DNA of 64,000 bases from Candidatus Eiseniibacteriota bacterium. Lineage in GTDB: Bacteria > Eisenbacteria > RBG-16-71-46 > SZUA-252. Position numbers and translations under genes: made by a program. Every line of letters starts with the position of its first letter. The first letter of the stretch is position 1. The stretch lies in contig CAVUEC010000011.1 in NCBI GenBank assembly GCA_963740415.1, forward strand, positions 449,380-513,379, written 5' to 3'. The notes under the pieces were generated by a model, which did not search any database, was not told the origin of the DNA, and saw only the letters and a program-made list of their open reading frames with translations. Below, piece after piece: positions 52,983-62,553 of this stretch.

Positions 52983-54426
52983 ATGAAGAAGAAAGCGATC
53001 GGTCTCGGGAAGCGAATCCACAGCCTCCGCCAGAAGGAGGGTTTGACCCAGGCCGCCCTGGCCGTCCGCCTGGGAATCTCCCCTTCCTACCTCAATCTGA
53101 TCGAAAACGACCGGCGCCCGCTCAGCGCGAATCTCCTGATCGCGCTCGCCAAGGCGTTCGACCTCGACCTGCGGGCCTTTGCGCCGGGTGAGGACTCCAA
53201 GCTCGTCTCCGACCTCATGGAGGCCTTCGGCGATCCCCTCTTCGAGGAGCGGAAGCTGACCGAAACCGAGGTCCGCGAATTCGTAGCGGGAAGTCCCGAG
53301 ATCGCCCGAGCGGTCACCCACCTCCACCACGCGTACACGGCGGCGCGGGGCTCGGCGGAGTCCATCGCGGCCCAGGTGCTCGACCGCCAGGATCTGTCCG
53401 CGGTGGACCGCGCGGGGCTCGCCGCGGAGGAGGTCTCCGACCTGATTCAGCGCCACGTGAACTATTTCCCCGAGCTGGAGGCCGAGGCAGAGCGCCTCTG
53501 GACGGATGCGAAGCTCGAGGATCATGACCTCTTCGAGGGGATCGCCGCGTACCTGGAGCGCGTGCACGGAATCGCGGTCCGGGTCCGGAAGTTGGGCGAG
53601 ATGGAGGGCGCGGTCCGGCGCTTCGACCCGGAGCGCCGGGAGCTCCAGATCTCGGAGGTGCTGCGGCGCGGCTCGCGCAACTTCCAGCTCGCGCACCAGG
53701 CGGGCCTCCTCACCAGCTCGGCGACGCTCGACGCGATCACCCGCGATCCTCTTCTCACGTCCGCGGGGTCGCGAGCGCTCTGCCGGGTCGCGCTCGCCAA
53801 CTACTTCGCGGGCGCCGTGGTGACCCCCTACGAGCAATTCTTCAAGGCGGCCGAGGAGGAGCGTTACGATCTGGATCTGCTCGGCCACCGCTTCCGGGTC
53901 AATTTCGAGCAGGTCTCCCACCGGCTGACCACGCTCAATCGCCCCGGCGCGAGGGGGATTCCCCTTCATATGGTGCGGATCGACATCGCCGGCAATATCT
54001 CGAAGAAGTTCAGCGCGACGGGGCTACGTTTTCCCCGCTTCGGGGGCCTTTGCCCTCTGTGGAACGTGCACGCCGCTTTCCTCCAGCCTGGCGTCATCCG
54101 TCGCCCAGCTCGACCGCCTGCCGGACGGAACCATGTTCTTCTCGGTGGCCCGCACGATTCGAAAACACCGCGGGGGCTATCACGCGCCCGAGGTGCTCTA
54201 TTCGATCGGACTGGGCTGTGACGTGGAATCGGCGGAGCGGATGGTCTACGCGGACGGGTTCGACCTGACGAACCCGGCCGGTGCCGTGCCGGTCGGGATC
54301 ACGTGCCGGCTGTGCGAGCGGCTCGATTGCCGCGCGCGCGCGTTCCCGTCGATCTACCAGCCGCTGCGGGTGGATGAGAACGTGAGGGGGGTGTCCTTCT
54401 TCGCGAGGCCCGAGGGGGAGAAATAA
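52983..54426 (+). CDS. XRE-family HTH transcriptional regulator with IrrE/DUF955-like and DUF2083-like C-terminal regions (RamB/ScfR-like short-chain acyl-CoA regulator family); apparent +1 frameshift near 54105
   Basis: HTH (LRQKEGLTQAALAVRLGISPSYLNLIENDRR), then a conserved C-terminal domain continuing in the +1 frame (…FFSVARTIRKHRGGYHAPEVLYSIGLGCD…CRLCER.DC..RAFPS). Divergent from aceBA. Confidence 0.75.
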
Positions 54427-54474
54427 AGCGGCGGCCACGCCCAGCGAGAGAAACGTTACAGCCGGCCGAGCCCG

Positions 54475-54609
54475 CTAGACGCGCGAGAACTGATAGGCGA
54501 AGAGCTGCGCGACCGTCCAGATGTTGAGGGCGATTCCGGCGACCGGAAGGACCAGGGCGAGCAGAAAGCGAATGCCGATCCCGCGCGTCGAGTGACGGAT
54601 CTGTTCCAT
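54475..54609 (-). CDS. Possible 44-aa small membrane protein
   Basis: MEQIRHSTRGIGIRFLLALVLPVAGIALNIWTVAQLFAYQFSRV; single TM; downstream of the amidohydrolase gene; no homology support. Confidence 0.2.
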   Translation of the reverse strand: MEQIRHSTRGIGIRFLLALVLPVAGIALNIWTVAQLFAYQFSRV

Positions 54610-54656
54610 ACACGCAATTATCGGCAGAGTTCGAGGAGTCTTGAGGGGCTTCCCTG

Positions 54657-55970
54657 CTACGGCTTCCCGGTGTGGTCGACGACGACTTTCCCGCCCTTCA
54701 TGACCCACTTCACCCCGTGGATGACGGCGTCCACGTCCTGGAGCGGGTCCCCTTCCACCGCGACGATGTCGGCGTAGTAGCCCGGGGCGATCGCCCCCAG
54801 CTCCTTCTCCTTGCCCAGCAAGGCCGCCCCGTTCGCGGTCGCGGCGGTGAGGGCCTGGGCCGGGGTCATCCCCGCCTTCACAAACCATCCCAGCTCGCGC
54901 GTATTCTCGCCGAACATCGTGAACACCGCGTCCGACCCCATGGCGACCTTGACGCCCGCCTTGACGGCCCGCCGGAGCGTCTCGACGTTTCGCGCGCGAT
55001 ACTCGCCCAAGTGCAGGACGGCGGTGGAGTCGTACCCGAACTCCTCCGCGTGCTCCGCGTAGTAGCGATTGTGATCGATCGTCGGAACGTAGAACGTGCC
55101 CCGCCGCGCCATATCCTTGAGCGTGGATTCGTCCATGTCGGTCGCGTGCTCGATCGACGAGGCGCCGGCGCGCACCGCGTCCCGGGCACCGTCGGGCCCG
55201 TACGAGTGCACCGCGACGCGCTTCCCGTGTCCCCGGGCCGCGTCGATGGCCGCCTTCAGCTCTTCGTAGGTGTACGTGGGATCGCCGGTCACGTCGTCCG
55301 CGCTTCCGGTGGAGCCGTAGATCTTGATCACGTCGGCCCCCGCCGCCACGTTTTCGCGCACGACCCTCAGCATCTGGTCGACGCCGTCCGCCAGACCGCC
55401 GTCGGGCTCTGCGTACCCGGGGCGGAAGGCCTGGTACGTGGCGTGAAGGCCGTGGCCGCACACGAACATCCTCGGCCCGACCATCGCGCCGCGATTGATG
55501 AGATCGCGCATCGCGATGTCCATGTAGTCCCAGGAGCCCAGGTCGCGGACGGTGGTCACTCCGGTTTCCAGCGTGCGCCGCGCGTTCTCCTGGGCGAGGA
55601 ACACCGTTTCCGAGGTTCTCCGCGCGCCGAGCTGCGTCCACGGCTTGCTGCCCTTGGTCTCGTCCCAGTAGTAGGTCATGTGGGTGTGCGCATCGACCAT
55701 GCCCGGAATCGCGGTGTAGCGCGAGAGGTCGATCACGATGGCGCTGTCGGGGATGGCGACGCGCGACGCGGGGCCGCACGCCGTCACGCGCTCGCCATCC
55801 ACGAGGACCACGGCGTTCTCGATCGGCGGTCCCTTGCCGTCGATCAACTTGCCAAAGCGAAGCGCCGTGACGGCGCCGGCGGCCGGATTGGCGCCGGGAA
55901 ACGCCGCCAAAGCGAGTGCCCCGGCCGCGAGGGCCAGGGCACGGTGGATCGTCGCTTTACCTCTTCTCAT
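54657..55970 (-). CDS. Amidohydrolase-family metal-dependent hydrolase (Xaa-Pro dipeptidase/imidazolonepropionase-like) with signal peptide
   Basis: MVDAHTHM metal-binding His pair, KIYGSTG, later HxH/D ligands; signal peptide. Confidence 0.8.
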   Translation of the reverse strand: MRRGKATIHRALALAAGALALAAFPGANPAAGAVTALRFGKLIDGKGPPIENAVVLVDGERVTACGPASRVAIPDSAIVIDLSRYTAIPGMVDAHTHMTYYWDETKGSKPWTQLGARRTSETVFLAQENARRTLETGVTTVRDLGSWDYMDIAMRDLINRGAMVGPRMFVCGHGLHATYQAFRPGYAEPDGGLADGVDQMLRVVRENVAAGADVIKIYGSTGSADDVTGDPTYTYEELKAAIDAARGHGKRVAVHSYGPDGARDAVRAGASSIEHATDMDESTLKDMARRGTFYVPTIDHNRYYAEHAEEFGYDSTAVLHLGEYRARNVETLRRAVKAGVKVAMGSDAVFTMFGENTRELGWFVKAGMTPAQALTAATANGAALLGKEKELGAIAPGYYADIVAVEGDPLQDVDAVIHGVKWVMKGGKVVVDHTGKP

Positions 55971-55980
55971 CGCGGGGACG

Positions 55981-56457
55981 TTACTGCCCCAGGACGCTCT
56001 TCGAAACCGGATCCATCAAGCCCATCAGGCTGGCCTTCGACTCGGCGGGGACCTTCACCGCGTCGGCCGCGGACGCGAGCGAAGCCGTGACCGCACTCAT
56101 CGCGCTCGCGTCGAGTCCCTTCCCCATCAGCGCCTGGGTCATGTCGGCTCCGGGGTTTGGCGCTGCCATGCCGCTCGCCTTGGCGACTTCGTTCACCAGG
56201 CCCTTCGAAACGCTCGCGATGGCGTCTGGATTGAGGTACTTGGTGACCGCCGCATTCTTCGACAGATGACCCGCGAAGGAATCCGCCAGCTTGTTGACTC
56301 CCTCCGTCCCGCCCAGCTGCTGCATGAGCGTCTGCGAGGCCATCGCCGTCATCGAGGACGACGTGGACGCATTGGTGGACGACTTGTTGCACCCAAGTCC
56401 GGCCACGAGGCCGAGGCAGAGGACCGCACCGAGAGCACGATGAAGAGAAACACGCAT
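55981..56457 (-). CDS. Lipoprotein with truncated-hemoglobin (2/2 globin)-like domain, apparently lacking the proximal His
   Basis: Lipobox LVAGLGC. Pattern LGG...V....F.........YL.PD......GLV.E......GGP.PY.G.DM.Q...GKGLD aligns with trHbN but has Leu at the F8 His position. Confidence 0.45.
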   Translation of the reverse strand: MRVSLHRALGAVLCLGLVAGLGCNKSSTNASTSSSMTAMASQTLMQQLGGTEGVNKLADSFAGHLSKNAAVTKYLNPDAIASVSKGLVNEVAKASGMAAPNPGADMTQALMGKGLDASAMSAVTASLASAADAVKVPAESKASLMGLMDPVSKSVLGQ

Positions 56458-56609
56458 GACACACCTCCCACACATTGTGAGTCGCTGTTCACGGCAACGC
56501 CGCGAACCGCCCAGTCTACGCTCCTCCCCGTCGATAGGTTCAATCGCGGGTTTTCGCGATTCCGGCCCACACCCGCGGCCCCGAACGGAGTAATCTCTAC
56601 GGTCTCGTT

Positions 56610-57791
56610 ATGTTCCGACTTTCGCGCTCCAGACACCTCCATCGACCCACCCAGCGTCGGCGCGCCCTCGCGTGGGCGGTCGCCGCGTGGGTGCTCTGCG
56701 CGTGCCCTGCCGCCGCGCGCGCGCAGACCCAAGAGAGACCGGACACCACGCAGGCCTTGGTCAAGCGTGAGGTGCTTGCGACCCGCCACACCACGATCAG
56801 CGCGTACCCCTATGCGTACTACACCCCCGAAACCGAGCTCGCCTTCGGAGCCGGGGGGATCGTGACCTTTTACACATCGGAAGAGAGAATCTTGAGACCG
56901 TCGAAATCGACGGTCTCCGCCTACTACACGACGAAGAAGCAGTACAAGTTCTCGCTCTCGCCGCAGCTCTACTTCGGAGAGAACTCGCTCTTCATTTCTT
57001 CGGACCTGAACTACGGCTACTACGTCGACAAGTTTTGGGGGATCGGCGAGGACTCGCCGGAGACGGGGGACGAGGGGTACACCTCCCGCGCCTTCGCTTT
57101 CAACGCCAACGTGCAAGTGAAGCCCCCGAAGCACCTGTTCGGGAACACGAGGACGGGGATTGTTTACGACCTCCAGAACCGGACCATCGCCGACAAGGAG
57201 CAGAACCCTTACCTGTCCGACAGCCTGGCCGGGTCCGACGGCGGGGTCTTCTCCGGGCTCGGATTCAATCTGATCTGGGACTCGCGCGATGACATCTTCT
57301 GGCCGACGAAGGGCGTGTTCAGCCAGGGGAAAGCGGTATTCTACGGCCCCGCGCTTGGGAGCGACTTCGATTTCGGCAAGGTCGAGGTCGACATTCGAAC
57401 GTATCGCGCGCTTGGCCTCGACAGGGTTCTCGCGCTCCAGATCTACATGAACACCGTCGACGGCTCACCACCCTTCTATACCTACCCAGCCCTGGGTGGT
57501 CAGCGGATCATGCGCGGGTACTACGAGGGCCGATACCGCGACAAGAAGTACATCGCGACCCAAGTGGAATACCGCTCCCATCTTTGGAAGCGGCTTGGGT
57601 ATGTCGTCTTCGCGGGAGTCGGCAACGTGGCGGCCCGCTGGGCCGACCAACAGATCGGCGACCTCAAGGCCTCGCTGGGCGGGGGCCTCAGGTTCCGTTT
57701 CAGCAAGACCGAGAAGGTGAATCTCCGCGCCGACATCGGATTCGGGCGGAGCACGAACGGCGTCTACTTTGGACTGGAAGAGGCGTTCTAA
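56610..57791 (+). CDS. Omp85-family outer-membrane beta-barrel (bacterial surface antigen/D15 barrel) without recognisable POTRA repeats
   Basis: Signal peptide, barrel-like alternating pattern, C-terminal …NGVYFGLEEAF. Confidence 0.6.
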   Translation: MFRLSRSRHLHRPTQRRRALAWAVAAWVLCACPAAARAQTQERPDTTQALVKREVLATRHTTISAYPYAYYTPETELAFGAGGIVTFYTSEERILRPSKSTVSAYYTTKKQYKFSLSPQLYFGENSLFISSDLNYGYYVDKFWGIGEDSPETGDEGYTSRAFAFNANVQVKPPKHLFGNTRTGIVYDLQNRTIADKEQNPYLSDSLAGSDGGVFSGLGFNLIWDSRDDIFWPTKGVFSQGKAVFYGPALGSDFDFGKVEVDIRTYRALGLDRVLALQIYMNTVDGSPPFYTYPALGGQRIMRGYYEGRYRDKKYIATQVEYRSHLWKRLGYVVFAGVGNVAARWADQQIGDLKASLGGGLRFRFSKTEKVNLRADIGFGRSTNGVYFGLEEAF

Positions 57792-57837
57792 CCGCTTCCT
57801 CGATCGTACGACCTGGCGATCGTTCTCCGACCGCGCC

Positions 57838-58485
57838 TCAGAATTTGAGAAACACGCCCCCGCCGACGTCGATCTGTCCCACGCCCGTTCCACCGACCGT
57901 GGTGATGCACCCCAGGGGCCCGCACGCGACCGACCCGCCGCCGTCCAGCCAGGTGAACGGCAGCTGGGCCTGGGCCCGGATCCCAAGCTTCTCGCCGATG
58001 TACTTCTTCGCGCCGAGGCCGAAGATCATCGAAAAACGCCACTCGTCGCCGAAGGCTGAATTCTTGGGTATGAAGTGCGTCGCGCCGATCGTGAACAGGC
58101 CGTACGGCATCACGTCGCCGCGGGGCACGCCGCCCAGCCCTCCGATCTGCCAGTACTCGATGCCGACATCCGTCAGCGTCAACTCGGGAGAGAGGGGCGC
58201 TTTGAACGTTAGTTGGCTGTCCTGGCGGCGGTAGAGAAGCTCCAGCTGCTTCCCCTCCTGCACGTTCATGTCGAGGGTGACGCCCCAAAAGCCGGTGTCC
58301 TTGACATCCAGCTCGCCGCCGGTCGTGTAATAGACTTCGCGTGCCCAGGTCCAGACGTACCCTCCGTTGAACCCGAGCTCCGCCTTGTGAGGAGCTGCCG
58401 CCCCTCCACCACCGTATTGAGCGCTCGCGGAGCCGGCAGTCAGGAGGAGCACCGCGGCGAGAAGTGCAAGCATCGTGGTTCGCAT
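57838..58485 (-). CDS. Outer-membrane beta-barrel protein (OmpW/porin-like) with signal peptide
   Basis: Signal peptide MRTTMLALLAAVLLLTAGSASA; C-terminal aromatic GGVFLKF. Confidence 0.65.
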   Translation of the reverse strand: MRTTMLALLAAVLLLTAGSASAQYGGGGAAAPHKAELGFNGGYVWTWAREVYYTTGGELDVKDTGFWGVTLDMNVQEGKQLELLYRRQDSQLTFKAPLSPELTLTDVGIEYWQIGGLGGVPRGDVMPYGLFTIGATHFIPKNSAFGDEWRFSMIFGLGAKKYIGEKLGIRAQAQLPFTWLDGGGSVACGPLGCITTVGGTGVGQIDVGGGVFLKF

Positions 58486-58635
58486 GACCGTACCTCCAAG
58501 TGAGATGCCGTCCGGAGCTTCAAGGCGATAGTAGTCTCCCGGGACCGGGCTGCGTCAACGTCCAACTCCACGGAGGCGCGCCTCCGCCCCGGCCGCTCCC
58601 ATGCGGCCGCCGACGCTCGCCCGGCCCGCATGGTC

Positions 58636-58664
58636 TTGACGTGCCTGATACAGGCTTCTAGACT
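58636..58664 (+). promoter_or_regulatory. Sigma70-like promoter candidate (TTGACG - 17 nt - TAGACT) ~55 nt upstream of the AsmA-like gene
   Basis: Hexamers and spacing read directly. Confidence 0.4.
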
Positions 58665-58717
58665 GACGTGTCGAGTCCGGCCATCCATTCTCCGCAACAA
58701 TCGAAAGCACGAACATT

Positions 58718-61636
58718 TTGCGCGCCATTCCCAAGAAATTACTCGCCGTGCTCGGCATCCTGCTCGCGGTGTACGCGCTGGTGGGATTCCTGCTGGTCCC
58801 GCGCATCGTCCGCTCGGTTCTCCTCAAGAACATGTCGCAGGCGCTCACGACGCGGCCGACCCTCGAGAAGGTCCGGTGCAATCCGTTCGCGCTCTCCTTG
58901 ACCCTCAAGGGGTTCCGCATCCCCGACGGGCGCGGGGCGACCGCGGTCGGATTCGACAAGCTGTACCTCCGCTTTAACATCTTTTCCCCGTTCTTCGGGG
59001 CCTGGACGCTGGACGAGCTTCGGATCGACAAGCCGTTGGTGAACGTCGCCATCCTGGAAGACCGATCCCTCAGCCTGCTGAGCCTCGTGAAGCCGCAGGC
59101 GGCGCCCCCCGACACCACCAAACCTCCTCCGGTGTTGCTCGTGCGGCACCTGCGCATCGCCGACGGCGTGGCGAGCTACGATGATCTCTCGCGGCAGCCT
59201 GAATTCAAGAAGGCCCTGATCCCGATTCAAATCGAGCTCAAAGATTTCACCACGCGCCGCGACCGCCGCAACGAGTACTCGCTGGACGCCAAGACGGACA
59301 AAGGGGAGACGCTGGCCTGGAGCGGACGTTTCACGCTCCAGCCGTTCACATCCGAGGGCCGTCTGAGCATCGGAAATCTCCAGGCGCTCACCATCGAGGA
59401 ATTCTCCGGCGGGACGGCGCCCTACCAGTTCACGCGCGGGGCCATCGACTTCAGCGCCGACTACAAGGTGGATGCCGCCGAGACGCCCGCTCGATTCGGG
59501 CTCTCCCACATGGGCGTGGCGATCCGGGACCTCGCCCTGGCCGACCGCGCGACCGGAGAGGAATCGATCGCGGCCGCCGAGATCGAGACGAAGGACGGAG
59601 AGGTTCGCTCGGACCTGCTCGACGCAAACTTGGGGTCGGTGTCGGTGGACAGCCTGCACGTGTTGGTCTGGATGGACTCCACCAACACGACAAATCTCCA
59701 ACGCTGGTCCCAGACGCCGCCCGATACCGCCGCGCCGTGGACCACCCGCATGACCGTGGCCGCCATCGGCCGGGGCGAAGTGGAGTTCCAGGATCGCCGG
59801 TTCACGCCGCCGCCGAGCCTCCAATTCCACGAAACCCGCGCGGAATTGAAGTCGTATAGCTCGGCACCGGGCACCATCGTGCCGTTCAGCGCCGCGTGCA
59901 GCACCGGCACCGGGGGGCGGGTGAACGCCGTCGGCTCCCTGATTCCCTCGGCGGGCTCGGTGGACGCGCAGGCCCAGCTCGACGATTTCGACTTGAAACA
60001 GCTTCAGCCCTTCGTGTCCCAGATGGCTCATCTCGAGATCAGCGGCGGCACCCTGAGCGGCAAGGGGCGCCTTCGCATGAATGCGTTCGGCGCCGCGGGA
60101 CCGATGCTCCGGTACACGGGAGACATTGCTTCCTCCAGGTTCGCGAGCGTGGACGAGAAGATTCGGCAACCGTTCTTGAGCTGGGAGCGGCTCGATCTTA
60201 AAGACTTGGAGTACGACATGGAGCCGTCGCGGATCTTCGCGAGGGAGATCGTGGCGAAGAAGCCCTTCGTCCGGTTTGTGATCGCGCCCGACATGACGTC
60301 CAGCGTCCAGTCGATCGCGATCCCGCCCGATTCCCTGCCGCCCGCGTTCCGCCCGAAACCCGACCAGCCGGACACGATTCCGGCCGTGATCCAGTCGATC
60401 CAGGTCGTCGACGGCTCGATGTACTTCGCCGACTTCTCGTTGACGCCCAACTTTGCGACGGGCATCGAGCAGCTGAACGGCTCGATCAAGGAGTTGTCCT
60501 CGGCGCAGGCGGCCCACGCGGTGATGGATCTACAGGGGAAGGTGGACGAGTACGCGCCGGTCTTTTTCGCGGGTACCATGAATCCCCTGAACGACCGGGG
60601 CGTCACCGACGTGACCGCCAAGTTCGAGAACATCGAGCTGACCACGTTCTCCCCCTACTCGGGCAAGTTCATGGGATACCGGATCGAGAAGGGCAAGCTC
60701 GACCTGGACCTCCACTACTTCATTCAGGACCGAAAGCTGAAGGCGGAGAACAAGATTCTCGTGCGGCAGCTCACCCTGGGCGAGAAGGTCCAGAGTCCCG
60801 ACGCGACCAGCCTGCCCGTGAAGTTCGCGATCGCGCTGCTCAAGGACAAGAACGGGGACATCAACCTGAACCTGCCGGTCCACGGCGATCTCGACGATCC
60901 CAAGTTCAGCGTATTCCCCATCGTCATGAAGGTGCTGGTGCAGCTTGTGATCAAGGCGGTGACGTCGCCCTTCAAGCTCTTCGGCGCCATCTTCGGCGGA
61001 GACGACGAAGAGGTGGCCCCGGCCATCCGGTTCCCCTACGGGAGCGCCGCGCTCGACACCACCGAGGTCCGAAAGCTCGACGCCATTCATCAGGGCCTCG
61101 TGGACCGGCCCGGCTTGAAGCTCGAGATCGAGCAGGCGGGTCAGCGGGAGCGAGATTCGCTCGCGGTCGTCGACATTCGATTCAGGCAGCGGCTCCGCGA
61201 GGCCGGCATCGCGGTGGGCCCGGCCAAGACCCCGGAGCCTTCGATGGTGGCCGCCGCCGCAACGCGCGAGACGTTCGGCTACTCCGCGAGCGAGTACGCC
61301 CAGGCCCTGTCCAACGCCTACGTCGCCCAGTTCGGAAAGCTCCCGTCCCTCGAGAAAGTCCAGAGCAAGGGCACGAAGGGATCGGGCATCGATCCCGCCG
61401 TGCTCCAGGCCGAGGACCGCCGCCTGGCGGGGATGGAGGATCGCGTCCGATCGGCGCTCCGCGTCACTCCCGACGAGGTCTCCGGGATCGCGGTCGAGAG
61501 GGCGCGCAGCGTTCAGGGCTACCTGCTACGAGATACCACCGTCACCGCCGAGCGGGTCTTCATCGTCGCCAACAAAGACTCCTACCGGCCCGACAGCGCG
61601 GGCGTGCGGGTGGGACTCACCTTGACCTCGGACTAG
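58718..61636 (+). CDS. AsmA-like/DUF748-family giant membrane-anchored protein (972 aa)
   Basis: N-terminal TM anchor (LLAVLGILLAVYALVGFLLVP) followed by ~950 aa of beta-rich sequence typical of AsmA/TamB-like proteins (family assignment from memory). Confidence 0.55.
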   Translation: MRAIPKKLLAVLGILLAVYALVGFLLVPRIVRSVLLKNMSQALTTRPTLEKVRCNPFALSLTLKGFRIPDGRGATAVGFDKLYLRFNIFSPFFGAWTLDELRIDKPLVNVAILEDRSLSLLSLVKPQAAPPDTTKPPPVLLVRHLRIADGVASYDDLSRQPEFKKALIPIQIELKDFTTRRDRRNEYSLDAKTDKGETLAWSGRFTLQPFTSEGRLSIGNLQALTIEEFSGGTAPYQFTRGAIDFSADYKVDAAETPARFGLSHMGVAIRDLALADRATGEESIAAAEIETKDGEVRSDLLDANLGSVSVDSLHVLVWMDSTNTTNLQRWSQTPPDTAAPWTTRMTVAAIGRGEVEFQDRRFTPPPSLQFHETRAELKSYSSAPGTIVPFSAACSTGTGGRVNAVGSLIPSAGSVDAQAQLDDFDLKQLQPFVSQMAHLEISGGTLSGKGRLRMNAFGAAGPMLRYTGDIASSRFASVDEKIRQPFLSWERLDLKDLEYDMEPSRIFAREIVAKKPFVRFVIAPDMTSSVQSIAIPPDSLPPAFRPKPDQPDTIPAVIQSIQVVDGSMYFADFSLTPNFATGIEQLNGSIKELSSAQAAHAVMDLQGKVDEYAPVFFAGTMNPLNDRGVTDVTAKFENIELTTFSPYSGKFMGYRIEKGKLDLDLHYFIQDRKLKAENKILVRQLTLGEKVQSPDATSLPVKFAIALLKDKNGDINLNLPVHGDLDDPKFSVFPIVMKVLVQLVIKAVTSPFKLFGAIFGGDDEEVAPAIRFPYGSAALDTTEVRKLDAIHQGLVDRPGLKLEIEQAGQRERDSLAVVDIRFRQRLREAGIAVGPAKTPEPSMVAAAATRETFGYSASEYAQALSNAYVAQFGKLPSLEKVQSKGTKGSGIDPAVLQAEDRRLAGMEDRVRSALRVTPDEVSGIAVERARSVQGYLLRDTTVTAERVFIVANKDSYRPDSAGVRVGLTLTSD

Positions 61637-61643
61637 AGGGCTC

Positions 61644-62540
61644 GTGGCCGCCATCGAAGTCAAAGAGCTCCGTAAGACCTACGGGACCACCGTGGCCGTC
61701 GATGGGATCTCGTTTGAGGTCCAGGCGGGCGAGTGCTTTGGCCTCTTGGGCCCGAATGGCGCCGGGAAGTCGACGAGCATCCATTGCGTGGTCGGCGCGC
61801 TTCGCCCCGACTCGGGCGAAATCCGCATCGACGGCGAAACCGATCCCACCCGGCCCGCCGTGCGGCGGAAGATTGGAATCACACCGCAGTCGATCGCGGT
61901 CTACGAAGACTTCACCGCGGTGGAGAACCTCGAGTTCTTCGGCAAGCTCTACGGGATGGGCGGCCAGCTGCTGAAGGAGCGGATCGAGATGGCCCTCGAA
62001 TTTTCGGGACTCACCTCGCGCCGGAAGGATCGCGTCTCCACCTATTCCGGCGGCATGCAGCGCCGCCTCAATCTCGTCTGCGGTATCCTCCACGATCCCC
62101 CGGTGATCCTCCTCGACGAGCCGACGGTCGGCGTGGATCCGCAGTCCCGCAACCTGATCTTCGAGAACATCGAGGCGCTGAAGCGCCTCGGGAGGACCAT
62201 CGTCTACACCACCCACTACATGGAGGAGGCCCAGCGCCTCTGCGACCGGGTCGCGATCATCGACCAGGGAAAGATCCTCGCGCTCGATACGGTGGAGAAC
62301 CTCCTGCGCACGCACGGCGGCGCGTCCACCGTCGAGGTGGAATTCGCGCACCGTCCCGCGACGCTCGCGGACGTCGAGGGCGAATGGGATGGCGCCCGCC
62401 TCCGGGTTCAGACCCAGCGGCCGATGGACGTCCTCTCCCGCGTCGCGAAGGAGGAGACCGCCTTCATCAACGTTTCCATTCAGCGGGCCAGCCTCGAGTC
62501 GGTCTTTCTCAGCCTGACCGGCCGAAAGCTCCGCGATTGA
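61644..62540 (+). CDS. ABC transporter ATP-binding protein (ABC-2 type exporter ATPase)
   Basis: Walker A GPNGAGKST, signature YSGGMQRRL, Walker B ILLDEPT. Confidence 0.9.
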   Translation: MAAIEVKELRKTYGTTVAVDGISFEVQAGECFGLLGPNGAGKSTSIHCVVGALRPDSGEIRIDGETDPTRPAVRRKIGITPQSIAVYEDFTAVENLEFFGKLYGMGGQLLKERIEMALEFSGLTSRRKDRVSTYSGGMQRRLNLVCGILHDPPVILLDEPTVGVDPQSRNLIFENIEALKRLGRTIVYTTHYMEEAQRLCDRVAIIDQGKILALDTVENLLRTHGGASTVEVEFAHRPATLADVEGEWDGARLRVQTQRPMDVLSRVAKEETAFINVSIQRASLESVFLSLTGRKLRD

Positions 62541-62553
62541 GGCCCGCACGACC

